Origin: Actinomycetota bacterium
Lineage (GTDB): Bacteria; Actinomycetota; CADDZG01; JAHWKV01
NCBI GenBank assembly: GCA_035759705.1
Contig: DASTUJ010000138.1
Coordinates: 87 to 64,086 of the forward strand
Reading direction: 5' to 3'
Length of the DNA: 64,000 bases
Positions 8,701 through 18,342 of this stretch are shown piece by piece (the first letter of the stretch is position 1; every line of letters begins with the position of its first letter). A program made the translations under genes and the position numbers. The notes beneath the pieces are model-generated. The model did not search any database, was not told where the DNA came from, and saw nothing but the letters and a program-made list of their open reading frames with translations.

Positions 8701-10227
8701 ATGGAAGAGTCGGAGATCCTCGGCCGGTTCGACGACCTTCAGAAGAAGCTGGCCCCCTTCTGGAGCACCGCCGACGACCTCAACAAGCCACCGAACACCA
8801 TCTTCGTGATCCCGTCGATCAGCTACAAGGCCGCGGTCCTCAGCCAGCTGGAGAGCCTGCAGCAGTACGAGGAGAGGTTTCTCATCCTCTTCATGCTGCT
8901 GCGGAACCCACGCACCCGCCTGGTCTACGTCACCTCCGAGCAGACCCTTCCGAACGTTGTCGACTACTACCTGAACCTGCTGCCCGGCGTCATCGCGAGC
9001 CACGCCCGCCAGCGACTGTTCCTGGTCTCGACACTGGACGGGACACTTCGGCCGCTGACCGAGAAGCTGCTCGAGCGGCCGCGCCTGATCGCCCGCCTGA
9101 AGAGCCTGGTGATCGACCCGGACCGGGCCTACATCATCCCGTTCAACACCACCCACCTGGAGCGTGAGCTGGCGGTGAAGATGGACGTGCCCATCCTGGG
9201 GGCCGACCCCAGGTTCGGGCCTCTCGGAACCAAGAGCGGCTGCCGGCGCCTTTTCGCCGAGGAGGGGGTTCCCCACCCCGCGGGCTTCGAGGACCTGGCG
9301 ACCATGCCGGACGTGACCGCCGCAATCGCCAAGCTCCGGGCGGAGAAGCCGGGGATGCAGGAGCTGCTGGTCAAGACCAACGAGGGGGTTAGCGGTTGGG
9401 GGAACGCCCCCATCGACCTCGGCGGGCTGCCCGCCCCGGGGGACCCCGGTGAAGCCGAGGCGATCGAGCGGGCGGTGCGGGACCAGATCGGATTCAAGTA
9501 CCAGGCGTTCGAGGAGCAGTTCGTGCACGAGGGCGGAATCGTCGAGGAGATGGTGATCGGCGACGAGGTTCGCAGCCCCAGCGCCCAGATGTTGATCGAC
9601 CCGCAAGGCGGCGTGCAGATGCTTTCGACCCACGACCAGCTGCTCGGGGGCCCGGCGGGGCAGGTCTACCAGGGCTGCCAGTTCCCGGCCGACCGGGCCT
9701 ATGCGGTGAAGATCACGCAGGAGGCGGAAAAGATCGGGCGCCGGCTCGCCAAGGAGGGAGCGGTGGGCCGGGCGGCCATCGACTTCGTATGCATCCGCAC
9801 CCCCTCCGGGGACTGGGAGGCGTACGCGATCGAGCTGAACCTGCGCCAGGGCGGGACCACGCACCCGTTCCTCACGCTGCAGTTCCTCACCGACGGCAGG
9901 TACGTCCCCGACCAGGGCATATTCGTCGCCCCCAACGGCCGGCGGAAGTACTTCGTCGCCTCCGACCACGTCGAGTCGCCCCTGTACCGGGGTTTCACCC
10001 CGGACGACCTTTTCGACATTGTGGTGCGCCACCGGCTCCACTTCGACCACGCGGCCCAGACCGGGGTGGTGTTCCACATGGTGAGCGCCCTACCCGAGGT
10101 CGGCCGAACCGGGCTTACCGCGGTGGCCGACTCTGCGGAGGAGGCCCAGTGGATGTACGACGCGGTGATCCGGGTGCTGGACAACGAGGCGAAGGACGCT
10201 TTTGAGGAGCGACCGCCGTTCGGCTAA
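8701..10227 (+). CDS. ATP-grasp superfamily protein (PGM1-like peptide/amide ligase family, tentative)
   Basis: 508 aa with coding-like composition. There is a GGGAGG SD 8 nt before ATG 8701. The central region has an ATP-grasp-like fold signature, and the family assignment is by recall only. Confidence 0.6.
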   Translation: MEESEILGRFDDLQKKLAPFWSTADDLNKPPNTIFVIPSISYKAAVLSQLESLQQYEERFLILFMLLRNPRTRLVYVTSEQTLPNVVDYYLNLLPGVIASHARQRLFLVSTLDGTLRPLTEKLLERPRLIARLKSLVIDPDRAYIIPFNTTHLERELAVKMDVPILGADPRFGPLGTKSGCRRLFAEEGVPHPAGFEDLATMPDVTAAIAKLRAEKPGMQELLVKTNEGVSGWGNAPIDLGGLPAPGDPGEAEAIERAVRDQIGFKYQAFEEQFVHEGGIVEEMVIGDEVRSPSAQMLIDPQGGVQMLSTHDQLLGGPAGQVYQGCQFPADRAYAVKITQEAEKIGRRLAKEGAVGRAAIDFVCIRTPSGDWEAYAIELNLRQGGTTHPFLTLQFLTDGRYVPDQGIFVAPNGRRKYFVASDHVESPLYRGFTPDDLFDIVVRHRLHFDHAAQTGVVFHMVSALPEVGRTGLTAVADSAEEAQWMYDAVIRVLDNEAKDAFEERPPFG

Positions 10228-10235
10228 CCCGCTCC

Positions 10236-11078
10236 TCAAGGCAGCACCTTCACCTGCAAGTCGGCCTTCATCGCCGATAGAGCGGTTCCCCGGTAGGAGC
10301 CCTCGGACGGCAGGGTGGATGCCGCGGTCGGCCCTGCCGCCACCGCCAGGTGCCGGTCCGAAACCGCCAGCCCCAGAGTCGGGTCGAATCCCCTCCAGCC
10401 GACCCGGCTGAGGTACACCTCGGCCCAGGCGTGCAGGTACTTCTCGTCGACTTCCGGGTCGCCCTCCTGGTAGCCGCTGACGAACCGGGCGGCCAGGCCC
10501 ACGGACCGGCAGGCGTCCATGAAGAGCACCGCCGCATCGCGGCACGAGCCCCGTCCCCGGCTGAGCGTCTCCGCCGGGGAGAGGGGCTGCCCCTGGAGCC
10601 GTACCTCACCTTCGATCTCGGCCGCCAGCCGGCCCGACAGCTGGGTCAGAAACAGAGGAGCTTCGCCCCCCGCGGACTGCAGCACCTCCCGGGCAAGCTC
10701 CGACACGGCAGGGTCGCCGCCGGGCTGCATATACCGAACCAGTGCTGCCGACTCCTCCGCCGGGTAGCGCATCGGGAGCTCGATCAGCGCCGGGTCCAGA
10801 ACGATGTAGTCGAACGGGTTTGCACGAAAGGTCTCGGCTCGCACGCGTGTGGAGATCTCCAGGCTGGTGGTCCCCTCGGTGAACCAGGCGAGCGCGGTGT
10901 CGTTGCCGTCCAGGTCCGAGATCTCGGTGAGCCCGGCCGGGGCCGGGTCCAGGTTCAGCTCGAAGCTCAAAACGTGCTGCGAACGGTCGGCACGGGGCCT
11001 CAGGCGCACCGCCAGCGGCTCGAGCTTGACCGGCTCGCTGTAGTCGTAGCGGGTGGTGTGCTCAACCTCGAAGATCAC
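10236..11078 (-). CDS. Transglutaminase-like family protein
   Basis: Contains the transglutaminase core (GSCRDAAVLFMDACRSVGLAARFVSGY...HAWAEVY) with the Cys/His/Asp triad context. It is the last gene of the CP-ATP-grasp quartet. Confidence 0.85.
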   Translation of the reverse strand: MIFEVEHTTRYDYSEPVKLEPLAVRLRPRADRSQHVLSFELNLDPAPAGLTEISDLDGNDTALAWFTEGTTSLEISTRVRAETFRANPFDYIVLDPALIELPMRYPAEESAALVRYMQPGGDPAVSELAREVLQSAGGEAPLFLTQLSGRLAAEIEGEVRLQGQPLSPAETLSRGRGSCRDAAVLFMDACRSVGLAARFVSGYQEGDPEVDEKYLHAWAEVYLSRVGWRGFDPTLGLAVSDRHLAVAAGPTAASTLPSEGSYRGTALSAMKADLQVKVLP

Positions 11079-11079
11079 C

Positions 11080-11838
11080 TCAGCTCTCGATCCAGGTTAT
11101 CGGCGTCACGTTGGACGCCGGCTCGTCGCCCAGGAGGGGCTCCATCCAATCGGTGGGCATCTTCTCGACCAGCCGCCTCAAGCTGTAGTTCCACCGCTCG
11201 GCCACCGCAGTCAGGTCCTCGTGGAGGAAGCGGTTCGTGACCATCGGCTCGCCTTTGCGGAAGATCACCGCGTCCATCGGGTAGCCGACTCCCGTGGTGC
11301 TGCTCTGGGTGGAGTCGAACGCCAGAAAGCCCGCCTTGAACGCATCCTCCAGGGACGACTCGTAGCGCAGGATCCGATCCAGCAGCGGCTTGCCGTAGCT
11401 CGACTCACCGAGGATGCAGTACGGCGTGCCCCGGCCTACCTCCACCCAGTTGGCCTGGGGGTACAGCATGTAGAGCTTGTGCTCCTTGTCGGCGGAGAAC
11501 TGACCACCGATCAGGCAGTTCAGGTCGAAACGGAGCCCGGCGTCGAGCAGCGCCGCCTTGTCCTCCTGCGCCACCCTCCGGACCTGGTCGGCGAGGGCGT
11601 TGGCCGCCTGGTACAGCTTGTCGAAGCCGATCTTGCGCTCCTCCAGAGCCTCCTCGAAGTAGGTCAGGACCTTGTCGCGAACGCTTCGGAGGCCGGAGGT
11701 CATGAGCAGCATGGAGTGGTCGCCGTCCTCGATCACGGTGATCTTCCGGGCCGTGAGGGTCTGCGATCCCATCGATATCCGCGTGTCGGCGATCCCGACC
11801 AGCCCGTCGTGGACCTTGATGCCGATACAAAACGTCAT
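11080..11838 (-). CDS. Proteasome-type (Ntn-hydrolase, Anbu-like) peptidase
   Basis: 252 aa, starting MTFCIGIKVHDGLVGIADTRIS with a Thr/Ser near the N-terminus as in 20S beta / Anbu subunits. It lies in the 3' end of a 906-aa run-on ORF and overlaps the upstream gene by 4 nt. Confidence 0.8.
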   Translation of the reverse strand: MTFCIGIKVHDGLVGIADTRISMGSQTLTARKITVIEDGDHSMLLMTSGLRSVRDKVLTYFEEALEERKIGFDKLYQAANALADQVRRVAQEDKAALLDAGLRFDLNCLIGGQFSADKEHKLYMLYPQANWVEVGRGTPYCILGESSYGKPLLDRILRYESSLEDAFKAGFLAFDSTQSSTTGVGYPMDAVIFRKGEPMVTNRFLHEDLTAVAERWNYSLRRLVEKMPTDWMEPLLGDEPASNVTPITWIES

Positions 11839-12869
11839 TCTTTGCCTCCGGCCGCCCGGGACAAAGTGTTGCCGGCCGTCTGGGAGATCATCCACGCCCG
11901 GCGGTGGCTGTCCAAATCCCCAGCCGGCTGCTGGGCGAAGAGGTTGTCGAAGATCGCCTGGCCGATGAGGTTCAGCTGCGCCTGGATGTTGTCGAGGAAC
12001 TGGTGCAGGCCGAAGGAGATGATCTCCTCGATCCGCGCAAAGTTGAGCTGGGAACAGAGCAGCCCGAGGTGCTGCTCCGCCGGGTTGTCGAAGGTGCCGA
12101 CCCGGGACCCGGTCACCGCGTGCAGCGAGTCCTGGGCGCTGATCAGGCAGTGGCAGATGGCCCGGGGAAACTGGCGGTCCAGGATGAGGAACTCCGCCAC
12201 CCGGTCGGGCGTGATCCGTCCGTGGCGTTTGCGGAACATCTCGAAGGCGCTCGCCGACTTCAGCAGGGCCTTCCATTGGAGGGCGTCGAAGGGGGAGCCC
12301 ACCTCGGTGACGCTCGGCAGGAGGATGAAGTACTTCACGTCCAGCAGCCGGCAGGTCTTGTCCGCTCGCTCGATGTTGCGTCCCAGCTGGCCGAAGTGCC
12401 ACCCCTCGCCGTGCGACATGGTGTCGTCGGTGATGCCTCGAAACAGATGGCTCTGGATCTTGATCCTGTTGAAGAACGCGTGGGTGTCGCCGCTCTGCAG
12501 GTCCCGGTGCGACCCGGCGGCCACGAACAGGTAGAAGGTGTTGACCTGCTCCCACATCTCCGAGGAGATGGCGTCCCGAACCGCCCGGGCGTTCTCCCGG
12601 GCCATCTTCAGGCAGCTGAGGATCGAGTTGGGGTTGTCGGCGTCGAAGGTCAAGAACTCGATCACATTGGCGCGGGTCGGCGCGTCGTAGCGGGAGTCGA
12701 AGAGCGGCAGGTCGGCCAGGGTGAGGACCAGGGGCTCCCACTGCTCGTCGGATCCGGGCAGCAGGTCCAGCGTCAGGTTGAGGTTGGCGTCGATGAACCG
12801 GGCGATGTTCTCCGCCCGCTCGACGTAGCGGTGCATCCAGTAGATCGAGTTTGCTACCCGGCTTAACAT
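11835..12869 (-). CDS. Alpha-E domain protein (DUF403)
   Basis: A 344-aa alpha-helical protein of the family that always accompanies circularly permuted ATP-grasp enzymes. It is translationally coupled on both sides. Confidence 0.85.
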   Translation of the reverse strand: MLSRVANSIYWMHRYVERAENIARFIDANLNLTLDLLPGSDEQWEPLVLTLADLPLFDSRYDAPTRANVIEFLTFDADNPNSILSCLKMARENARAVRDAISSEMWEQVNTFYLFVAAGSHRDLQSGDTHAFFNRIKIQSHLFRGITDDTMSHGEGWHFGQLGRNIERADKTCRLLDVKYFILLPSVTEVGSPFDALQWKALLKSASAFEMFRKRHGRITPDRVAEFLILDRQFPRAICHCLISAQDSLHAVTGSRVGTFDNPAEQHLGLLCSQLNFARIEEIISFGLHQFLDNIQAQLNLIGQAIFDNLFAQQPAGDLDSHRRAWMISQTAGNTLSRAAGGKE

Positions 12870-14345
12870 CTACTCGGAGAGAACCCAGGTGTCTTTGCTG
12901 CCACCCCCCTGGGAGGAGTTCACCACCAGCGATCCTTTGGTCAGGGCGGCCCGGGTCAGGCCGCCCGGCATCACGTAGAGGTCCCGGCCCAGCAGGGTGA
13001 AGGGCCTGAGGTCCACGTGGCGGCCCTCGAAGTGGTCCTGGACGATGATCGGCGCCCGGGAAAGGGCCAGGGTGGGCTGGGCGATGTAGTTGCGGGGGCT
13101 GCCCTCGATGTGCCCTGCGAACTCCCTCCGCGTTTGCGGCGTGGCGTGGGGCCCGACCATCATTCCGTAGCCGCCCGACTCGTTTGCCGGCTTCACCACC
13201 AGCTTGTCCAGGTTGGCCAGGACGTGACGCCGGTCCTTCTCCTCCCAGCACAGATAGGTCGGGACGTTGGGGATGATCGCCTCCTCGCCCAGGTAGTACT
13301 TGATGATCTTCGGCACGTAGGCGTACACGACCTTGTCGTCGGCCACCCCGGTCCCCGGCGCGTTGGCCAGGCCGAGGTTGCCTGCCCGGAAGACGTCCAT
13401 CAGGCCCGGCACGCCCAGCATCGAGTCGGGCCGGAAGGCCCGCGGGTCCAGAAACATGTCGTCGATCCGGCGGTAGATAACGTCGACCTTGCGCATCCCC
13501 CGGGTGGTCCTCATGTAGACGGCGCCGTCGGTGGCGAGGAGGTCGGTCCCTTCGACCAGCTCGACCCCCATCTGCTGCGCCAGGTACGAGTGCTCGAAGT
13601 AGGCGGAGTTGTGGATGCCCGGTGTAAGAACCGCAACGGTCGGGTTCGCAACGCCGTGCGGGGCGATGTGCTGCAGAGTCTCCAGCAGCCGGGTGGAGTA
13701 GTTGTCGACCGGACGTACCCGGCACTCGGCGAAGACCTGAGGGAAGGTGCGCTTCATGACCTGCCGGTTCTCCAGCACGTACGAGACTCCGGACGGGCAC
13801 CTGAGGTTGTCCTCGAGCACGTAGAACTGCCCGTCCAGGTCACGGACCAGGTCCGAGCCGGCGATGTGACACCAGATGCCGTGGCGGGGGCTGATCCCCT
13901 CGCACTGGGGCAGGTACGACTTGGAGGAGCGGATCACGTACTCCGGGATGACCCCGGCCCTAAGGATCCTCTGGTCGTTGTAGATGTCCTCGAGGAACAG
14001 GTTGAGAGCCTGGATACGCTGCTCCAGGCCCGCCTCGATGCGCTTCCAGTCGCTCGCTTCGACGATCCGGGGGATGAGGTCGAAGGGGAAGATGCGCTCG
14101 GGGCCCGTGCCGGACGAGTTGAAGGTGATCCCCATGTTGAGCAGGGCCAGCTCGGCCGCCCGCTGCCGCCTGACCAGATCCCCTTCCGAAAGGGATGTGA
14201 TCCGGTCGACCACCGGCTCCGAGTGGGGACGCGGCCGTCCGTTGGGCTGGAACATCTCGTCGAAGAACCCCTCGGTGTCGTAGGTGTCGAACCCACGGGG
14301 TCCCGAGGGGCCGATGTTGGTCTCGACTCTAGCCGTGGGAACCAC
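12870..14345 (-). CDS. Circularly permuted type-2 ATP-grasp protein (DUF404/DUF407)
   Basis: A 491-aa protein with hallmark conserved blocks (GVIPEYVIRSSKSY, VVKPANESGGYGMMVGP, YIAQPTLALSR). It is the first gene of the quartet. Confidence 0.9.
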   Translation of the reverse strand: MVPTARVETNIGPSGPRGFDTYDTEGFFDEMFQPNGRPRPHSEPVVDRITSLSEGDLVRRQRAAELALLNMGITFNSSGTGPERIFPFDLIPRIVEASDWKRIEAGLEQRIQALNLFLEDIYNDQRILRAGVIPEYVIRSSKSYLPQCEGISPRHGIWCHIAGSDLVRDLDGQFYVLEDNLRCPSGVSYVLENRQVMKRTFPQVFAECRVRPVDNYSTRLLETLQHIAPHGVANPTVAVLTPGIHNSAYFEHSYLAQQMGVELVEGTDLLATDGAVYMRTTRGMRKVDVIYRRIDDMFLDPRAFRPDSMLGVPGLMDVFRAGNLGLANAPGTGVADDKVVYAYVPKIIKYYLGEEAIIPNVPTYLCWEEKDRRHVLANLDKLVVKPANESGGYGMMVGPHATPQTRREFAGHIEGSPRNYIAQPTLALSRAPIIVQDHFEGRHVDLRPFTLLGRDLYVMPGGLTRAALTKGSLVVNSSQGGGSKDTWVLSE

Positions 14346-14661
14346 CGTCCATTTCGATCCCTACTACTCGCCGGGGGGCTGAAGGAAAGGAGGTCCCGGC
14401 GGAGCGCCCTACGGAGGAGGCTCGTGGCGGCGAGACCGGATGGGCACTCCGGGGACCTTGGTAGAACCCTACGAAGCCGATGTTATCCGGCGGTTGCCGG
14501 AGGGTTAAGTCTGGGTAAACGCCCGCTGGGGCCCTCGATTGCCAAGAAAAGAGCCAATTTCGCCAGGTTTGGCTTAAGACGGCCGGCAGGCGTGCCGATA
14601 GACAGTCATGCGAGGGGCTCGACTTATTGCTGCCCTGGCTCAAAAGAGCTCTTCTTCATCG

Positions 14662-15384
14662 ATGATCGTTACATTCAGCTTCGTTCTTTTGATGCTTACG
14701 GGCTCGGTTGGGGCAATGGCTGTGCTCACTTCCCAGCCCTCAGCCTCCGAGACTGCCGCGAAGGCATCCGACCAATTGACACCCCCGGGTCTTGTTGCAA
14801 AAGCGCCCCCGGTGAAAACCCCTGCCTCCGATACCCTTCCCGCCAACTCGGCGCCGGGCGAGGCCGTCCCGGTCCCCGCCGAATCAACACCAAACAAGCC
14901 CCAGCCGCAGGCGTCGGGCAAGCCCAAGGCTCTTCCGGCCCCGCCGGCAGAGCCGGCTCCGGAACTGGGGAAGGTGGTCCCCGGGCAGGTGGTCCCTCCG
15001 GTTCTGCTCAGAGCGTTCAAAGTGGATTGCGAGCGGGACAGCCTGGCCGTCCGGCGGGGATGGTCCGTCACCTTCGACTGCACCCTCGACGGCTGGATTG
15101 CCGTTCCCACCAACGTCCCGATCCTGTTTTCGTCGGACAACGGCGGCGGCCCCTGTGACGGTACGCAGGCGTTTTCGTCAAGCCCCGACGTGATCCGGCG
15201 CTCCGCACTCCAGGCGCCGACCCCTTTCACCGTGACGGTGGACGCCCGCGGCGGAGGGTTCGCCGGTGGCCGGGTCGGGATCGGCACTCCGTGGGAGGCG
15301 AGTGAGGACCTGGTGGAGGTAGTGGTCGAAGACGCCCCGGGCGACCAGCACCCGGCCTGTGGCCCCGGCAAAGAGTCCCTGTAG
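14662..15384 (+). CDS. Hypothetical secreted Pro-rich protein
   Basis: Starts at ATG 14662 with a signal/TM-like MIVTFSFVLLMLTGSVGAMA. A Pro/Ala-rich linker is followed by a Cys-containing C-terminal domain. It is convergent with glnA. Confidence 0.45.
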   Translation: MIVTFSFVLLMLTGSVGAMAVLTSQPSASETAAKASDQLTPPGLVAKAPPVKTPASDTLPANSAPGEAVPVPAESTPNKPQPQASGKPKALPAPPAEPAPELGKVVPGQVVPPVLLRAFKVDCERDSLAVRRGWSVTFDCTLDGWIAVPTNVPILFSSDNGGGPCDGTQAFSSSPDVIRRSALQAPTPFTVTVDARGGGFAGGRVGIGTPWEASEDLVEVVVEDAPGDQHPACGPGKESL

Positions 15385-15399
15385 CCTCTCCGGCCAGGG

Positions 15400-16728
15400 T
15401 TACAGAATAGGGAGATACCGCTCCAGCTCGTAGGGGGTGACGTACGCCTTGTGGTCGTCCCACTCCTTCTTCTTGTTGCGGATGAACCACTCGAAGGTGT
15501 GCTCACCCAGGGTCTCCCGCACCAGATCGGAGGCCTCGCAGACCTGTATCGCCTCGTGCAGGTCCTCGGGCAGAGAGCCGATGCCGGCGGCCTTGCGCTC
15601 CTTGAGGCTCATCTCGTAGATGTTGTCGTCCGCCTCGGGCGGGAGCTCGTAGCTCTCCCGTATTCCTTTGAGCCCTGCGGCCAGCATCACGCTGAACGCA
15701 AGGTAGGGGTTGCAGGCGGGGTCGGGGAAGCGGGCCTCGATCCGGGTCGCCTGTTCCTTGCCCGGCTTGTACATCGGAACCCTCACCAGTGCGGAGCGGT
15801 TGCGGCGGGCCCAGCAGACGTAGACGGGGGCCTCGTAGCCCTGCACCAGCCGCTTGTACGAGTTCACCCACTGGTTGGTGACGGCGCAGATCTCGCTGGC
15901 GTGCCGCAGGACCCCGGCGAGGAACTGCTTGCCGACCGTGGACAGGTGGGCTTCGTCGGAAGCGTCGAAGAACGCGTTGTGGTCGTCGGAGAACAACGAC
16001 ATGTGCGTGTGCATGCCGCTGCCGTTGATGCCGCTGACCGGCTTCGGCATGAAGGTCGCGTAGACCCCCAGCTCCTGGGCGATCTCCTTCACCACCAGGC
16101 GGTAGGTCATTACGTTGTCGGCCATCGAGAGGGCGTCGGCGTACCTGAGGTCGATCTCGTGCTGGGACGGTGCCACCTCGTGGTGGACGTACTCGACGGG
16201 GATGCCCATCTCCTCGAGGTACTCGACGGTCCGCTTGCGCAGGTCGCCGGCTTCGTCGAGCGGCGTGAGGTCGAAGTAGGAGCCGTGGTCCAGGAACTGG
16301 GTGCTGCGGGAGTCCTTGAAGTAGAAGTACTCGAGCTCGGGGCCTACGTAGTAGCTGTAGCCCATCCCGGCCGCCTCCTTGAGCGTTCTCTTCAGGACCT
16401 GGCGGGGGTCGCCGGCGAACGGCGTTCCGTCCGGGTTCCAGATGTCGCAGAACATGCGGGCCGAGTCGGAGCGCGACGGGTGGGCCGGCATGACCTGAAA
16501 GGTCGACGCATCCGGCCAGGCGATCATGTCGGACTCCTCGATGCGGGCGAACCCCTCGATGGCCGAGCCGTCGAACCCGATGCCCTCGGTCAGAGCCTCC
16601 TCGAGGTCGGTCGGGGTGATGTCGAAGGCTTTGAGGAAGCCGAGGATGTCGGTGAACCAGAGGCGCACGAACTTGATGTTGCGCTCCTCAACCGTCTTCA
16701 GGACAAACTCTTGATCGGGTGTCAGCAA
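15400..16728 (-). CDS. glnA: Glutamine synthetase type I
   Basis: 442 aa with classic GSI motifs (FDGSAIEGF, KPVSGINGSGMHTHMSLF, NPYLAFSVMLAAGLKGI). Confidence 0.95.
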   Translation of the reverse strand: MLTPDQEFVLKTVEERNIKFVRLWFTDILGFLKAFDITPTDLEEALTEGIGFDGSAIEGFARIEESDMIAWPDASTFQVMPAHPSRSDSARMFCDIWNPDGTPFAGDPRQVLKRTLKEAAGMGYSYYVGPELEYFYFKDSRSTQFLDHGSYFDLTPLDEAGDLRKRTVEYLEEMGIPVEYVHHEVAPSQHEIDLRYADALSMADNVMTYRLVVKEIAQELGVYATFMPKPVSGINGSGMHTHMSLFSDDHNAFFDASDEAHLSTVGKQFLAGVLRHASEICAVTNQWVNSYKRLVQGYEAPVYVCWARRNRSALVRVPMYKPGKEQATRIEARFPDPACNPYLAFSVMLAAGLKGIRESYELPPEADDNIYEMSLKERKAAGIGSLPEDLHEAIQVCEASDLVRETLGEHTFEWFIRNKKKEWDDHKAYVTPYELERYLPIL

Positions 16729-16776
16729 AATTCCTCCAAAACCGGGCCCCGCACTCTTGCAGGCGCCCGCAGTCGT

Positions 16777-17433
16777 CTAGCCGGCGAAGCGGTACCCCAC
16801 GTTTCGAACTGTCTCGATCATGTGGGCCTCGTGCCCCAGCTTGGCCCTCAACCGTCTCACATGAACGTCAACCGTCCGGGTGCCTCCGAAGAAGTCGTAT
16901 CCCCAGACCTCGCTCAGCAGCGCACTCCGGGAGCAGACCCGTCCAGGCCTCTGCGCCAGATATGCGATTAGCTCGAACTCCTTAAATGTAAGGTCCAGTG
17001 CCTCGCCCCGCACCCGGACCTCGAACCGCTCGCGGTTGATGTTGATCTCTCCGCGCTTGATCACCTCGGACGACTCGGTCTCGGCCGGGCTGACCACCCG
17101 CCGCAGCCGGGCGTCGAGCTCCTCGGGAGTACAGCGGTCGGTCAAAAAGTCGGCGACGCCGGAGGCCCAGTCGAAGCTTGCCAGAGCATCGTCGTTGAGG
17201 ACCACGACGAACGGGGCTTCGGTTTCACCCCTCAGCTTTCGCACGACGACGGCGGCCTCGTCGGGACGGTCGCGGCCGTCCACGACGATGAGGTCGGCAA
17301 GGCGGCGGCTGAGCAGATCGGGGGTCGCGTCGGCGAAGGTGATGGGCTCCGGGGCGGGCCTCTTGCCGGAGAGCGGGGGGAAGGACTCCTCCGGATCGGA
17401 GCGCTGGCTACTCAGCCAAAGTAGACGAATCAT
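16777..17433 (-). CDS. OmpR-family winged-helix regulator with atypical receiver domain (GlnR-like nitrogen regulator)
   Basis: The C-terminus is an OmpR/PhoB wHTH (LTFKEFELIAYLAQRPGRVCSRSALLSEVWGYDFFGGTRTVDVHVRRLRAKL). The N-terminal receiver lacks the canonical acidic pocket, like actinobacterial GlnR, and it sits adjacent to glnA. Confidence 0.8.
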   Translation of the reverse strand: MIRLLWLSSQRSDPEESFPPLSGKRPAPEPITFADATPDLLSRRLADLIVVDGRDRPDEAAVVVRKLRGETEAPFVVVLNDDALASFDWASGVADFLTDRCTPEELDARLRRVVSPAETESSEVIKRGEININRERFEVRVRGEALDLTFKEFELIAYLAQRPGRVCSRSALLSEVWGYDFFGGTRTVDVHVRRLRAKLGHEAHMIETVRNVGYRFAG

Positions 17434-17521
17434 TGAGAATAGTCTAAGTGCTGACGGCTAAGCCGTGACGATATTCGAATGGTGGGCTCTCCTTACCCGG
17501 TGAAACGTAGGATAACGCGCA

Positions 17522-18340
17522 ATGTCGATGGAATCTCGGGAACGCACACCGGTCGTCACACGAGTGGCTCTGGCCGGCCTCGCGGCCGGCGCCGTTGGGT
17601 CGTCGCTCCTCGGACCTCGGATCCTGGCCGGCTACGCCGCCGTCGGCTTGGCGGTGGCAGTCGGGTTGACCCTCTACACACTCGGGGGCGGGGCGAGGGC
17701 TCTGCCTGCGCTCGGCGCAGTGCTGGTAATGGCCTACCCCCTGGCGGCGGTCGAGCGCGGCGAGGGAGGGATCTTGTGGGCGGCGGCGCTCACGTTTTTT
17801 GCGATGGCCGGCGCCTACGTGATGCGCGGCCTGGGCCGAGACGTGGTCGGCTCCTTGGCGGTGGGTGTCGCGGTGGTGCTCCACCTGGGGCTGCTCGGCA
17901 GCTATCTGGTGCTGGTTGCGGTTTCCGGGAACCGCCTGCTGGGCGCCCTGGTCCTGATGGTGGTGGCCTTTGAGGCGGCGCATGCCGTTCTGCTCTCCCG
18001 AGCCCACCCGTTGGAGCGGCCTTCCAACCGGGGGGCTGCTCCGGCGTCCTTCTTCGACCCGAGGGCTGCGCTGGCCGGGCTGGCCGCCTGCGTCGTTGCG
18101 TCGGTGGTCGCCCGGCTGTTTCTTGACTCCCCGCCGGGCGTGCTCAGCTCGGTTGTGCTCGGGGCGGCCGTCGGCGCCGCAGCGACGCTGGGACACGCCG
18201 CTGCAGCGGCCACCTCGGAGGATTTCGAGTCCGGCGCGCTGCGGATGGGGGGCCTCGACGCGGGGGTGTTCATCTCGCTCAACGCCTTGCTGTTTGCGGC
18301 CGGCGCCTTCTACTACGGCTTCCGCCTGTACCTCGCCTGA
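17522..18340 (+). CDS. Hypothetical integral membrane protein
   Basis: 272 aa, Ala/Gly/Leu-rich with about 7 predicted TM helices. No diagnostic motif was recognised. Confidence 0.5.
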   Translation: MSMESRERTPVVTRVALAGLAAGAVGSSLLGPRILAGYAAVGLAVAVGLTLYTLGGGARALPALGAVLVMAYPLAAVERGEGGILWAAALTFFAMAGAYVMRGLGRDVVGSLAVGVAVVLHLGLLGSYLVLVAVSGNRLLGALVLMVVAFEAAHAVLLSRAHPLERPSNRGAAPASFFDPRAALAGLAACVVASVVARLFLDSPPGVLSSVVLGAAVGAAATLGHAAAAATSEDFESGALRMGGLDAGVFISLNALLFAAGAFYYGFRLYLA

Positions 18341-18342
18341 TC

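Noticed and set aside
8380-10077. 565-aa minus-strand ORF covering the ATP-grasp gene
   Set aside because: It is antisense run-on. Only its last 78 codons (FmdB zinc ribbon, 8380-8616) are credible.
11080-13800. 906-aa minus ORF spanning the ATP-grasp quartet
   Set aside because: It is an alternative frame across three real genes. Only its 3' terminal 252 codons (the proteasome-type peptidase) are in the correct frame.
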